Shown here: one piece after another, positions 50,316 to 60,596 of the stretch
Position numbering within the stretch: position 1 is the first letter of the stretch
Layout: every line of letters begins with the position of its first letter
Origin: an uncultured Thermococci archaeon
GTDB taxonomy: Archaea > Methanobacteriota_B > Thermococci > Methanofastidiosales > B48-G16
Assembly (NCBI GenBank): GCA_964595645.1
Contig: CAZQQT010000006.1
Location: 1-64,000, forward strand
Direction: 5' to 3'
Length of the DNA: 64,000 nucleotides
The notes under the pieces: generated by a model
What the model was told of the DNA's origin: nothing
Seen by the model: the letters and a program-made list of their open reading frames with translations, nothing else
Databases searched by the model: none
Program-made: the position numbers and the translations under genes

Positions 50316-51502
50316 GTGGCGAATAAAATGAAAATTAATCTCCATCTCCACTGGAAGATGGTAGGAGTAATCTATATCTCCCTAATAGTACTTAATATAA
50401 ACCTCTTTTCAATACCTCCGATACTAACAACTTTAATAAAAGACATGGGGGTAAATCATGTGGAAGCGGGATCGTTAATGACTTCTTATGTTGCTCTTTC
50501 CTGTGGTTCTCATCTGCTCGCAGGTATATTAGGGAATAGGGTGGGATTCAAAAAGATCATGGAGATGGGATTGTTAATAGTTTTTTCCTCCTCTTTACTT
50601 TTCACCTACGTCACCACCTTCATTTTCATGATAGCACTGAGAGGAGTGAGCGGAATTGGTTCTGCATTTATGCGATCACCCTGTATTGCTTATATAATTT
50701 CGTGGCCCCCATTAAAGAAAAGACCAGTGGAGTGAGTGGGCACTTAGTATCACTAAACATTGAAACTGGAATAGCATTCTTAATCACCCCTGTGATCATA
50801 GCAGTATATTCATGAAGATCATTGCTTAGATGTTACGCTATTTTAGGATTTGTAGCACTTGTTTTCTTTCTTATTATAGGTAAAGAGCCTGTAAAGGGTG
50901 ATGTGGTACAAAATACCACAACTTTCGAACAAATAAAGAAAATTTTCACCCTTCAAGTTATATCACTTGCTATAAATACTATTCATCGCTTATTTTCAAA
51001 TAGGAGGGAATATCGTATGGCTCCCCTCTTGGCTGGAAGAAGGATGTCTATTCAGTCCAACCAAGGTTGGATTGGGATCGATGATATTTATTTTGTTTGG
51101 AATTCCCAGTGCACTCTTCGGCGGATACCTGGCAGACAAAATGCAGAATGTTATACAGCTAAGTATGGCTGGAATGGTAATATCAGCAGGTAATATTTCT
51201 TACATATGGCTAGAAAAAAGTTCTTTTTTCTCATTTTGTTGTCTATTATTGTTGCACGGTGGGGAGCGTTTATGGCCATAGGACCACTGTTATCTCTCGT
51301 ACCAAAATTCGTGCATTATCGTTCCAGAGGTGCAGCAGTTGGATTTGTCAATACTATCGCTCTTTCTGATGCGCTCTTATCTTCTTTTGTTGGAGGCTAC
51401 ATAATTAAACAGATGGGAGGATATCAGTTAATCTGGATAATTTTTTCGGGAATTCTTCTGTTTTCTGTCTTTGTACTGCATCCTCTCGTACAAAAAAATT
51501 AA
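50316..51502 (+). pseudogene. MFS transporter pseudogene (frameshifts and an in-frame TGA)
   Basis: MFS motif A (GILGNRVGFKK; GGYLADK) split over several ORFs in different frames; YS*RSL at a likely Trp. Confidence 0.75.
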
Positions 51503-51541
51503 ATAAAAAATAGTATTTCTACCTTCAAAAGCTGATCAAAA

Positions 51542-52636
51542 TTAAAAAAGAGCTTCTCCAGTTTTTTTAAATACATGTATTTTAGATGTATCTATAACTA
51601 AAGAAACAGTATCTCCCATATCTGCCGTTGTTCTTGGATCGACTTCAGCGGTAAATTCCTTTCCTCCTTTCTTGAGGTATAGAAACACATCTGAACCTAA
51701 CGTTTCTTTTACCTCAACGCTCGCTTCAATTCTTCCCTCTTCGGTCCTTGAAACGAACTCGGCATCGTGGATGTCTTCTGGTCTTATACCGAACGTTACA
51801 TCTTTGCTTATATAATCTTCCAAGGGATCTCTCAATCCAGAGGGTACTTTTATCTTGAAACATCCTGTATCTAGGTATAAAACATCATCTTTCTCGATAA
51901 TGGTAGCATCAAAGAAATTCATTGAAGGTGACCCGATGAATCCTGCCACAAATTCGTTTTCTGGATGGTCATATAACTGCTGAGGTGTATCTATCTGTTG
52001 AATCTCTCCTCCTTTTAACACGACTATTCTCTCGCCCATTGTCATGGCTTCTGCTTGATCATGGGTCACGTATATACTAGTAGTCTTTAGTTTTTGATGA
52101 AGTCTTATCAGTTCAGTTCTAGTCTGAATTCGCAATTTCGCATCGAGATTACTTAATGGTTCATCAAACAGGAAGACTTCAGGATACCTCACAATTGATC
52201 TCCCTAAAGCCACTCTCTGTCTCTGTCCTCCGGATAGTTCTTTCGGTTTTCTCTCTAATAAGTCTTCTATTTCCAAAAGAGCTGCTGTTTCGTGAACTCT
52301 TTCGTCTATTTCTTCCTTTGGAAATTTTTTAAGCCTGAGAGAAAAGCTCATATTTTCATAAACATTCATATGCGGATATAGCGCGTAATTCTGAAACACC
52401 ATTGCAATGTCTCTATCTTTAGGAGGTAACCCATTCACTAGTTTATCTCCGATATACATTTCCCCCTCATCTACGTTTTCTAATCCTGCTAAGCATCGGA
52501 GGGTCGTAGACTTCCCACAGCCGGAAGGACCAATTAGAACAAGAAACTCGCCTTCTTTTGCTTCAAAGCTAATATCCTCTACTGCCACTACATCTCCGAA
52601 TTTTTTTGATACAGAGTCAAATTCTACCCTTGCCAT
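51542..52636 (-). CDS. CUT1 ABC transporter ATP-binding subunit (MalK/UgpC-like)
   Basis: GPSGCGKST, VFQNYALYPH, LSGGQRQR, DEPLSNLDA, GIRPED. Confidence 0.92.
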   Translation of the reverse strand: MARVEFDSVSKKFGDVVAVEDISFEAKEGEFLVLIGPSGCGKSTTLRCLAGLENVDEGEMYIGDKLVNGLPPKDRDIAMVFQNYALYPHMNVYENMSFSLRLKKFPKEEIDERVHETAALLEIEDLLERKPKELSGGQRQRVALGRSIVRYPEVFLFDEPLSNLDAKLRIQTRTELIRLHQKLKTTSIYVTHDQAEAMTMGERIVVLKGGEIQQIDTPQQLYDHPENEFVAGFIGSPSMNFFDATIIEKDDVLYLDTGCFKIKVPSGLRDPLEDYISKDVTFGIRPEDIHDAEFVSRTEEGRIEASVEVKETLGSDVFLYLKKGGKEFTAEVDPRTTADMGDTVSLVIDTSKIHVFKKTGEALF

Positions 52637-52815
52637 ATATCTCACTTTCTCCACTTCGTTTATGAAGTCAACAACCTATAAATTTGTTACAAACTTGATA
52701 TTCCTTAAACACATTTTCTATATAAATCTTTTTCCAATATAGTTGCTGGGAAAAATTATAAAACTTTTTGCAGATACAACACCTATGTAGGATAAAGAGT
52801 TAAAGAGGTAATTAG

Positions 52816-54165
52816 ATGAATAATTTACCCAACATAATTACTGAACCCCCAGGTCCTCGTACGAAAGAAGCGTTGGAAAAAGAGAAAGAACCGTTCTCAA
52901 CCCAATGGCCCAAAAATAGATATCTGCCCTTTGTCATCTCTGAAGGAAAAGGAGCAATTGTAAAAGATCCAGATGGAAACTCATATCTAGATTATATGGG
53001 ATGTGATTATAATCTCGGTCACTGTCACCCACATATCGTAAAAGCAATAAAAGATCAAGCCGAAGAACTTGTACTTTTTTTGAATATTACTGGTATATGG
53101 GAAAATATGAGGGAATTCGCAAATAAAATAAGAGAAATGTCCCCTGGAGAGTTAAAAGAGGGAAAAATTGTTTATTCAGCTGGTGGGAGCGGACTCGTTG
53201 CAGTTTCAACGATGTGCGCACGATATTATACTAGAAAATCCGTTATATTAACCTATGTCGGAGATTTCCATGGTACGACACCAGGAGTGATGCCCTTTAC
53301 TACACGAAGTTCCGAATCCAAAAAACATCTTTCACCAGTAATAGGAGAAACGGCATATCTCCCGTATCCTAACTGCTATAGGTGCCCTTTCGACAAATCT
53401 TATCCTGAATGTAATCTTTTTTGTGCTGAAAGTCTAAACAATACGTTAGAAACTGTCGTACACCCTGATGATGTAGCAGCACTTCTTTTTGAACCCATTC
53501 AATCTCCCTCGGGAATCATTGTCCCGCCCGAAGGCTATTGGGAGAGAATCGAGAAGATATGTAAAGAACATAGTATTGTAACGATATGCGATGAAGTGTT
53601 GACGGGTATGGGACGCACAGGTACCATGTTTGGGATTGAACACTGGGATATAGTACCTGATATTGTATGCATGGGGAAATCCTTTGCAATGGGCGTTCCT
53701 GCTGCCGCTATGATCGCGAAAAAAGAAATTGTGAATAACTGGAACTATGGATTCCCAACAATCGATAGTTTTGGTGGAAATCCTTTGGCATGTGCAGCAG
53801 GGCTGGCAGGATTGGAAGTGATCGAAAAGGAGAATCTTATGGAAAATACCATCAGAATGGGTGAGTATTTCCTGAAGGGACTGCAAGATATGTCTGAGGA
53901 GCATGAGCTAATAGGAGATGTAAGGGGAAAAGGTCTACTAATAGGTGTTGAGTTAGTGAAAGATCGTAAAACAAAAGAGCCTGCAACAGAAGAAACGAAG
54001 AAAATTATGCAGGAATGTTTTAAGAGAGGCCTAATAGTAGCGCCCTACGGCAGGTATGCTCAGGTGATAAGAATTTTTCCTCCATTAAATATAACTAAAG
54101 AACAGATCGATAAAAGTTTAGAGATAATGGATGAGGCTTTTAGAGTAGTAGAATGTAAAAGGTGA
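52816..54165 (+). CDS. Class III PLP aminotransferase (copy 2, paralog of 47680-49044)
   Basis: DPDGN, DYNLGH, FHG, CDEV, PDIVCMGKS, SFGGNP. Confidence 0.88.
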   Translation: MNNLPNIITEPPGPRTKEALEKEKEPFSTQWPKNRYLPFVISEGKGAIVKDPDGNSYLDYMGCDYNLGHCHPHIVKAIKDQAEELVLFLNITGIWENMREFANKIREMSPGELKEGKIVYSAGGSGLVAVSTMCARYYTRKSVILTYVGDFHGTTPGVMPFTTRSSESKKHLSPVIGETAYLPYPNCYRCPFDKSYPECNLFCAESLNNTLETVVHPDDVAALLFEPIQSPSGIIVPPEGYWERIEKICKEHSIVTICDEVLTGMGRTGTMFGIEHWDIVPDIVCMGKSFAMGVPAAAMIAKKEIVNNWNYGFPTIDSFGGNPLACAAGLAGLEVIEKENLMENTIRMGEYFLKGLQDMSEEHELIGDVRGKGLLIGVELVKDRKTKEPATEETKKIMQECFKRGLIVAPYGRYAQVIRIFPPLNITKEQIDKSLEIMDEAFRVVECKR

Positions 54166-54171
54166 ATCATC

Positions 54172-55545
54172 ATGACCCTATTTTCTGAAAAAATAGCTGA
54201 GATAGTCGATGAAATAACCTATAAAAAAATTCCAAACGATATTATAAAAAAAGCGAAATATTGTATCTTAGATTCGATTGCTTGTGGATTGGGAGCTTCC
54301 ACAATGAAAGAAGCTATTAAAATTTCTCATTTGATGGAAAAAATGGGCAGCACAGGGGGTGCTTCCATTTTCAATAGGAAGAAGAAGGTGCATCCCGCAC
54401 TGGCATCCTACACAAATTGCTATATGTGCAACCTCTTGGATTTTGATGATACCTACACATCACAATCTGTTGCAGGGCACCCAGGAGCGACAATAGTCCC
54501 CTCCTCAATGGCAGTTGGAGAAATGTTGAATATTTCTGGAAAAGATCTGCTAGAAGCTGTTATCGCCGGATATGAATCCTCAATAAGAATTGCTCAGTAT
54601 TACGCACCTACAAGCGATAGATTTAAGATAGTGGCAGGTATAAATACATGGCAAGTATTCTCAACTGCAGCTTCCGTTGCAAAAACAATCAATCTAGAAA
54701 TAAACGAGATAGTTTCGGCTATTTGCATCGCAGGAATAGGAGCTCCTGTACCTTCTGTGAGAAAGGTGGGGTTAGAGGGTATTACTCAGATGAAAAACAA
54801 CTTTGGATTAGTGGGATTGAATGGTACAATCTCAGCACTACTCGCGTCAGAAGGAATTGACGGCAATAAAGAACTATTTGAAGGAATGAATGGATTTTGG
54901 GCAATGGCTGGAAGTGATCAGTTCAAAATGGAAATAATCCCACTATCATCAAAATGGTTTATAGAGGATGTATCTTTTAAACCATATCCATTCTGCAGAT
55001 GTACGCACGCTACACTTGATGCTCTCGAACAAATAATGACTGAAAATTCCATAGAATCGCAAAATATAAAGAAAATTGATGTGTATACATTCTATGATGC
55101 TGTTGCTCTTAATTTTATTCCTAAAAACTTAATTAAATCACAGCAATCTCTTCTCTTTGCGATTGCAAAGGAAATACTGAAACAGGAAGGAGAATATAAC
55201 TGGAATAGTATGGATGTCCTGAATGATGAAACTGTAAAGGATATAATAAATAAAATCAGAGTACATGAAACGGAAGAAGCAAATAAATTGTATAAAGAGG
55301 AGGGAATCGATTCCTCAAATGTAATTGTTACTTTAAAAGATGGGAAAACTTTGGAAAAAAAGGTCTTTGGTGCTAAAGGGTGCGCAGAACACCCGATGGA
55401 CGAAAAGGAGATCTTGGAAAAGGCTCACTGGCTTATATCGCAGATCCTTGATTCCACTAGAGTTGAGGAGATAGTTTCTTCGATAATGAAGTTAGAGAAG
55501 GTAGATGATGTTGAGAAAATAGCAAGAATTTACCGATCAGACTAA
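54172..55545 (+). CDS. MmgE/PrpD-family protein
   Basis: LDFDDTY, GHPG, KPYPFCRCTH. Confidence 0.85.
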   Translation: MTLFSEKIAEIVDEITYKKIPNDIIKKAKYCILDSIACGLGASTMKEAIKISHLMEKMGSTGGASIFNRKKKVHPALASYTNCYMCNLLDFDDTYTSQSVAGHPGATIVPSSMAVGEMLNISGKDLLEAVIAGYESSIRIAQYYAPTSDRFKIVAGINTWQVFSTAASVAKTINLEINEIVSAICIAGIGAPVPSVRKVGLEGITQMKNNFGLVGLNGTISALLASEGIDGNKELFEGMNGFWAMAGSDQFKMEIIPLSSKWFIEDVSFKPYPFCRCTHATLDALEQIMTENSIESQNIKKIDVYTFYDAVALNFIPKNLIKSQQSLLFAIAKEILKQEGEYNWNSMDVLNDETVKDIINKIRVHETEEANKLYKEEGIDSSNVIVTLKDGKTLEKKVFGAKGCAEHPMDEKEILEKAHWLISQILDSTRVEEIVSSIMKLEKVDDVEKIARIYRSD

Positions 55546-56490
55546 CAACACAGCAGCCATCTCTCCTTTCTGAATAGGTGGTCCTGTGATGAGGAGTATT
55601 TTTCCCTCGGTGGATGAGCGTATTCTTTCTTGAATATTACCCCAGTAATCCTTCACTATAGCAATACTTTCATCTTTACCCACGGTATCCCCTACTTTTT
55701 TTAGGGGAAGAAGGAATCCGTTGTTGTGTGAGTTCAAAATTGAAAAATTATGGAATTTTTTAGATTTTTTGATCTCCGGAAGCTCTCCTGAGATCATATC
55801 CAAATAGACTAATACGTTACGTACTCCTCTATAAAGTTTTTCTACACACTGTTCATCCACAATACCCCGTCCTCCACATTCTGCCACAATAGAGGGGACT
55901 CCTACATTTGTCGCCTCCTCAGCAAGTGTTCCTTGGATGTCTCCATCTCCTTCGCTGGACATGACAGCACCGAGATCCATCAACGTTGCCATTTTTTCCA
56001 GTGTAGCGTCAGTACGGGTATCCCCAGTTTTTTTATAGCTCGCATACGCACAGAGATCCTCAATTAAATCCCCACAATGCAGATCAACAATGTACTGACA
56101 GCGGTCCGTCAAAAAATTGAATAGGGTAAAGGCTATTTTATCACTAATAGAACCTGTAACGTTACCGGGAAAAACTCTATTAAGATTCTTTTCATCGAGG
56201 GGGCAGGTATACACAGATCTGTTCTCAAAGGCGGGCACATTCACTAGAGGGAATACGATCAATGCCCCTTTTAGATCCTCAGGCGAAATCCTTTCGATAA
56301 GGGTAAATGCAGTACAGGTAGCATTGTATTCTGAACCGTGAATTCCTGCCGTGACGCCGACAGTGGGACCATCCTTTGAGCCTTTCAGAACAATAACTGG
56401 AATAGTAACTCCGTCCACCACAAGCTCAGACGTATATAGTGTACCGGCTTCAATATCTTCAATCTGAAGATCTAACTCTGACGAACCCAT
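55537..56490 (-). CDS. Succinylglutamate desuccinylase/aspartoacylase (M14) family deacylase
   Basis: AGIHGSEY, NLNRVFPG, DLHCG, ECGG, C-terminal lipoyl-like domain. Confidence 0.85.
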   Translation of the reverse strand: MGSSELDLQIEDIEAGTLYTSELVVDGVTIPVIVLKGSKDGPTVGVTAGIHGSEYNATCTAFTLIERISPEDLKGALIVFPLVNVPAFENRSVYTCPLDEKNLNRVFPGNVTGSISDKIAFTLFNFLTDRCQYIVDLHCGDLIEDLCAYASYKKTGDTRTDATLEKMATLMDLGAVMSSEGDGDIQGTLAEEATNVGVPSIVAECGGRGIVDEQCVEKLYRGVRNVLVYLDMISGELPEIKKSKKFHNFSILNSHNNGFLLPLKKVGDTVGKDESIAIVKDYWGNIQERIRSSTEGKILLITGPPIQKGEMAAVLLV

Positions 56491-56499
56491 TTACATCCC

Positions 56500-57747
56500 T
56501 TATCTGTCCTGGTTGCAGAATTTTTCCTTGGTGCGCACCACTATCTCCTTGAACTCCTCCTCAGTCAGTAAGCCTTTCTTTTCCTCTCCAAGAACTTTAA
56601 CTTCCTCGAGTACTTTAGGAATGAGTTCATCGCTCATGTCGATATTGAGGTTATCCAACATGTGTCGTATCGATGCTTTCCCACTCTTTTTGCCTAAGAC
56701 TATCTCAACGCCGTCCCGATTCAACAGATCCCATGTGAAGGGGAAGAGAACGAGGGGTGTTACATCTTTCTCTCTCAATTTAAGCAGGATGTTGACTAAC
56801 AGCCCTGACTCTATGGTGAAGGCATTTTTACCAGTAATAGGCTTGGATACAGGAATTTCTACTCCTGAAAACTCTTCAACCATCGTTGAGAGTTCATAGA
56901 GTTTCTCATGCTTGATATCCAAATTTACATTGTAGAGGAGGTAAAGAGAGAGTGTTACTTCATCTAAGGGGGGCATTCCCGCCCCTTCTCCCATGCCATT
57001 AACAGTTGTATGGGCCATCTCGGCTCCACTGGCAAGTGCTGTTACAGTATTTGCCGTAGCCATCCCGAAGTTATTATGGAAATGAGATTCTATGGGAATT
57101 TTTATCCTTTTTTTTATCCAGTTGATGAAATGCATGGTAGAAATTGGAGTTAGAACACCAAAAGTATCTGCAAAACAGAGAGAATCGGGGTGAACTTCCG
57201 ACACCTTCTTGAGAATACGTTCCAGTAGCTTGGGCTCCGATCGTGTAGAATCTACGAAGAAAGAAGTGGCGTTAATTCCATGGTCCTTTGCGTACTGAAG
57301 CGTTGAAGTCGACTTTTCAATGGCTTCGTCTATTGTCCAGCGATACCCTTGTTCTATCAGATCTTTACTGGTAGGAAACTCACAGAGAACACCATCAACA
57401 TTACAATCAAGAGCATGATCTACATCACTCGTAATCGACCGTGAAAAACATACGATCTCTGCATCCAATCCCAAATTCCCAATCTTTTTGGCAGTTTCTT
57501 TATCCTGTTTTGACACAAGTGGTAGCCCCAGATCGATTCTATCAACACCAATCTCATCGAGCATTTGAACAATTTTAATTCTTTCTTCGCCTCGCAAAAC
57601 GACGCCTGGCTGTTGTTCACCATCTCTCAGTGTCTCATCATTGATTTTGATATCTTCTATTTTTATTTTGTTTTTGACTTCGGGAACAAAATTATAGGGA
57701 GACGTCCACCAGCATTCTCCTTTCCACGGTTTGCTTTCTTGATTCAT
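56500..57747 (-). CDS. DRE-TIM acyl-CoA condensing enzyme (homocitrate/isopropylmalate/citramalate synthase family)
   Basis: DETLRDGEQ, ADTFG, HFHNNFGMA, NGMGEGAG, LGKKSG; ATG 57747 has an AGGTGA RBS. Confidence 0.8.
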   Translation of the reverse strand: MNQESKPWKGECWWTSPYNFVPEVKNKIKIEDIKINDETLRDGEQQPGVVLRGEERIKIVQMLDEIGVDRIDLGLPLVSKQDKETAKKIGNLGLDAEIVCFSRSITSDVDHALDCNVDGVLCEFPTSKDLIEQGYRWTIDEAIEKSTSTLQYAKDHGINATSFFVDSTRSEPKLLERILKKVSEVHPDSLCFADTFGVLTPISTMHFINWIKKRIKIPIESHFHNNFGMATANTVTALASGAEMAHTTVNGMGEGAGMPPLDEVTLSLYLLYNVNLDIKHEKLYELSTMVEEFSGVEIPVSKPITGKNAFTIESGLLVNILLKLREKDVTPLVLFPFTWDLLNRDGVEIVLGKKSGKASIRHMLDNLNIDMSDELIPKVLEEVKVLGEEKKGLLTEEEFKEIVVRTKEKFCNQDR

Positions 57748-57799
57748 GATCTCACCTAAGTTAAAGATTTTATATAAAGAATTAGTATAATAATTGCCC

Positions 57800-57811
57800 C
57801 AGCATATGCTG
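57800..57811. promoter_or_regulatory. CAGCATATGCTG operator (perfect 12-bp palindrome) upstream of the DRE-TIM/deacylase operon
   Basis: Minus strand reads GCATATGC-TGGGGCAATTA-TTATACTA. Confidence 0.7.
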
Positions 57812-57852
57812 ACGATGCTCATACTGCTGAAATAAAAAATTTGTAGTTAGTT

Positions 57853-58767
57853 TTACTTCACACAATCGTTTTGTAGCACGACCCTCTGATTCGTCGCATC
57901 CAGTGTTACTTTACAACCTATTGGAATTGTTGTGTTTGGGGTATTATGTCCAAAATCGTCACATTTCAACACAGGAAACTCATATTCTTTTACCGCATTT
58001 ATTACAATATCTTCGTAAGATATGTTGCTCTCATGATTGTAGTACCCGATCCACATCCCTTTGATTTGCTTAAACACACCCATCTGTCGCAGACGATGTA
58101 GTTCGCATTCCACATGGGCAGGTGTACTTTTTTTGCCAAAACTCTCTAAAAACAGTATTGTATCTTTAAAATGAGGTAGGTACTGCGTTCCCGCCAGCTT
58201 GTTCATACAGTTTAGGTTGCCTCCTACCAACACGCCTTCAGCAACTCCTTCTTTGATGCATTTCCATTTTGAATTATGAGGTATTTCACCGATAGTTCCT
58301 TCAACTAATCTCTGTTTGAATTCGTGTACATCATACTCGGTATAGTCCCCCCCAAATCCCCAGATCACGTCATTTCCATGAAAGGTGATTAACCCTGTCT
58401 CTTTATAGATCGCATTTAGTAGTACGGTGATATCACTAATTCCAAGGAATATTTTCGGGTTATTTTTTATAGCATCAAAATTCAACAGAGGTAGCACCGT
58501 GTTTGCATTTGATCCTCCCTGGCTACAGATGATCGCGTTCACACCGGCGTCTTCAAACATTGAATTGATATCGTCTGCTTTCTCTCGAGGGGTCGCTGAA
58601 TATCCTAATGTGTTTTTCAATGCATTGCGTGCCACTTTGACCTCAAATCCACATGTGTTGAGGAATTCAACGCCTTTCTCGAACCGTGTTCTCACGTCTT
58701 CAGTTACAGGTGCAGAAGGAGACACAATCCCCACGGTGTCACCCCTCTGGAGTTTTTTGGGAATCAT
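57853..58767 (-). CDS. S66-family peptidase (LD-carboxypeptidase/MccF-like)
   Basis: GIVSPS, GISDIT, GGNL, LFLE, DFGH triad. Confidence 0.88.
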   Translation of the reverse strand: MIPKKLQRGDTVGIVSPSAPVTEDVRTRFEKGVEFLNTCGFEVKVARNALKNTLGYSATPREKADDINSMFEDAGVNAIICSQGGSNANTVLPLLNFDAIKNNPKIFLGISDITVLLNAIYKETGLITFHGNDVIWGFGGDYTEYDVHEFKQRLVEGTIGEIPHNSKWKCIKEGVAEGVLVGGNLNCMNKLAGTQYLPHFKDTILFLESFGKKSTPAHVECELHRLRQMGVFKQIKGMWIGYYNHESNISYEDIVINAVKEYEFPVLKCDDFGHNTPNTTIPIGCKVTLDATNQRVVLQNDCVK

Positions 58768-58967
58768 TACTATACATGATACCGGCATTTATTTAAGCTT
58801 TTCGTCTCTTATTTTGTTTAAACGCTAATTTATGTACTTGTTTGTATAAAAACTTTCAAAAAGTACTTAAATATACTTATATAGTGATTAAATGGGGGAA
58901 AGATATAAGAACCTGAAAGAGTTCAAACTTCATGTTAGTACTCTAAGAAATATACCCAGAAAGTACT

Positions 58968-58977
58968 GGCATATGCC
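58968..58977. promoter_or_regulatory. GGCATATGCC operator upstream of cysK
   Basis: Plus strand reads GCATATGC-CCTCACAATTA-TTTTAAAA. Confidence 0.55.
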
Positions 58978-59015
58978 CTCACAATTATTTTAAAAAAGAA
59001 AGAGAAATAAGTGAT

Positions 59016-59966
59016 ATGCTTACTGATCCTTTGGAAGACATGCTCGAGCTGATAGGCAACACACCAATGCTCAAATTAAAACGAATATCACAGAAGATAT
59101 CTGCTGAAATCTGGGCAAAACTGGAATATTTCAATCCAAGTGGGAGTATAAAAGACAGAATTGCACTAAAAATGCTTGAGGAAGCAGAAAAACGAAATGA
59201 AATCTCCAAAGGAGGAATAGTGATAGAACCGACATCAGGAAACACTGGTGTGGCATTAGCACTGGTATGTACATTGAAAGGGTACAAAATGATTGCGGTC
59301 ATGCCGGAAGCGGTAAGTGAAGAGCGAAGAAAAATTGTGAAACTTCTTGGTGGAGAAGTAGAACTCGTTAAATGCCTCAACAAGGAGAAAGGTGTAACGA
59401 AGGAGGATATGGAAGCCGTCGTGGCACGTGCTGAAGAGCTCACTGAACAGTATTCGAACTCCTTCATGCCCGATCAGTTTACGAATGAGGATAACCCAAA
59501 GGCACATGCTGAGACCACTGCAGCTGAAATCTTGAACCAAACGGGGAAAAAACTTAACGCCTTTGTGGCCGCATGTGGGACAGGAGGGACCTTCACTGGA
59601 ATTGCACGAAAACTCAAAGAAAGATGTCTAGATGTCAAGAATGTGGTGGTAGAACCTAGTGGTTCTGCTGTCCTTTCAGGGTGCGAACCGTGTCATCATA
59701 AGATTCAAGGGATTGGAGAGGGATTCATCCCAGATGTTATGGATACGGAATTAGTCGATGAGATAATTCAGGTCAGCGGTAAAGACGCAATTGCCACCGC
59801 TCTTCAACTTTGGAAAAAAGAAGGTGTGACAGCAGGCATCTCAAGCGGTGCCAATGTGTTTGCTTCTCTCGCGATAGGAAAGGACATGAGCAAAGGAGAT
59901 ATTATCGTGACGCTGATACCGGATCACGGATTGAGATATCTCTCAGTAAAAGAATTTAGTCTATAA
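59016..59966 (+). CDS. cysK: Cysteine synthase (CysK-like PLP enzyme)
   Basis: IGNTP, NPSGSIKDR, TSGNTG, GTGGT, HKIQGIG, GISSGA. Confidence 0.85.
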   Translation: MLTDPLEDMLELIGNTPMLKLKRISQKISAEIWAKLEYFNPSGSIKDRIALKMLEEAEKRNEISKGGIVIEPTSGNTGVALALVCTLKGYKMIAVMPEAVSEERRKIVKLLGGEVELVKCLNKEKGVTKEDMEAVVARAEELTEQYSNSFMPDQFTNEDNPKAHAETTAAEILNQTGKKLNAFVAACGTGGTFTGIARKLKERCLDVKNVVVEPSGSAVLSGCEPCHHKIQGIGEGFIPDVMDTELVDEIIQVSGKDAIATALQLWKKEGVTAGISSGANVFASLAIGKDMSKGDIIVTLIPDHGLRYLSVKEFSL

Positions 59967-60305
59967 CGACAGTATAGAACAATAAGATTCATCGAGAATT
60001 CTCATTATTATCTTTTAGTACTTCCCATGAAAATTAGGACCAATCTATTCAGATGAATTACTATAATTTGGTTATCTGGATTTTCGTTTCGGTATCAGTT
60101 ATTTTTTAACTACTTTTGCGGTTTTGATCATGATGGAGTTATAAGTAGAGGGCGGACTTCAGTACACAAAGTCCTAAGCCGATCCTTGCTTTTGGAGCTT
60201 TATGGAGATATTTTTCATCTCATCACTCTTATATACTTAAAGAAGAAATAAGAAAAAAAAAAGAAAAATTATGTACAGGTAATCCCACTTCTCTCCTGAA
60301 TCGCC

Positions 60306-60596
60306 TCACTTGAGCCTTTTCTCAAAAAAGTCGCCGACGAATGTACCAACAATGAAGAATATCGCGAAAAGGATCGCGTTGACGAAGACGCTGACGAACC
60401 CTGTACCGAATGGGAAGAGCCAGCTTGGGAGAGAGTTGCCCGCAAGGTATCCAAGAAGTCCAAAGACGATAGCGAGAATAATGGAGTATAGAATCCCTTT
60501 CTTTAATAGTCCCCACTGTTTCTCTTCGCCCGGCTTCACGTATCCGTAGATCGCCCCAAGGAGAAGTCCTATCCAGAACAACATGTAGTTTTTCAC
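60306..60596 (-). CDS. Small 3-TM membrane protein
   Basis: GAIYGYVKPGEE...FIVGTFVGDFFE; GGAGG RBS. Confidence 0.7.
   Translation of the reverse strand: MKNYMLFWIGLLLGAIYGYVKPGEEKQWGLLKKGILYSIILAIVFGLLGYLAGNSLPSWLFPFGTGFVSVFVNAILFAIFFIVGTFVGDFFEKRLK

Noticed and set aside
47680-54165. Class III enzymes as amino-acid racemases
   Set aside because: They have Pro where characterised fold-type I racemases have the catalytic Asp.
34529-56490. Ectoine catabolism (DoeA/DoeB/DoeD-like trio of M24, M14 and class III aminotransferase)
   Set aside because: The M24 protein keeps a full metal-ligand set typical of peptidases, no DoeC-type dehydrogenase is present and the genes are not adjacent; not excluded but unsupported.
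33300-60300. Catabolic island as a tRNA-integrated mobile element
   Set aside because: It lies on the 5' side of tRNA-Ile2, and no integrase or distal att copy was seen.
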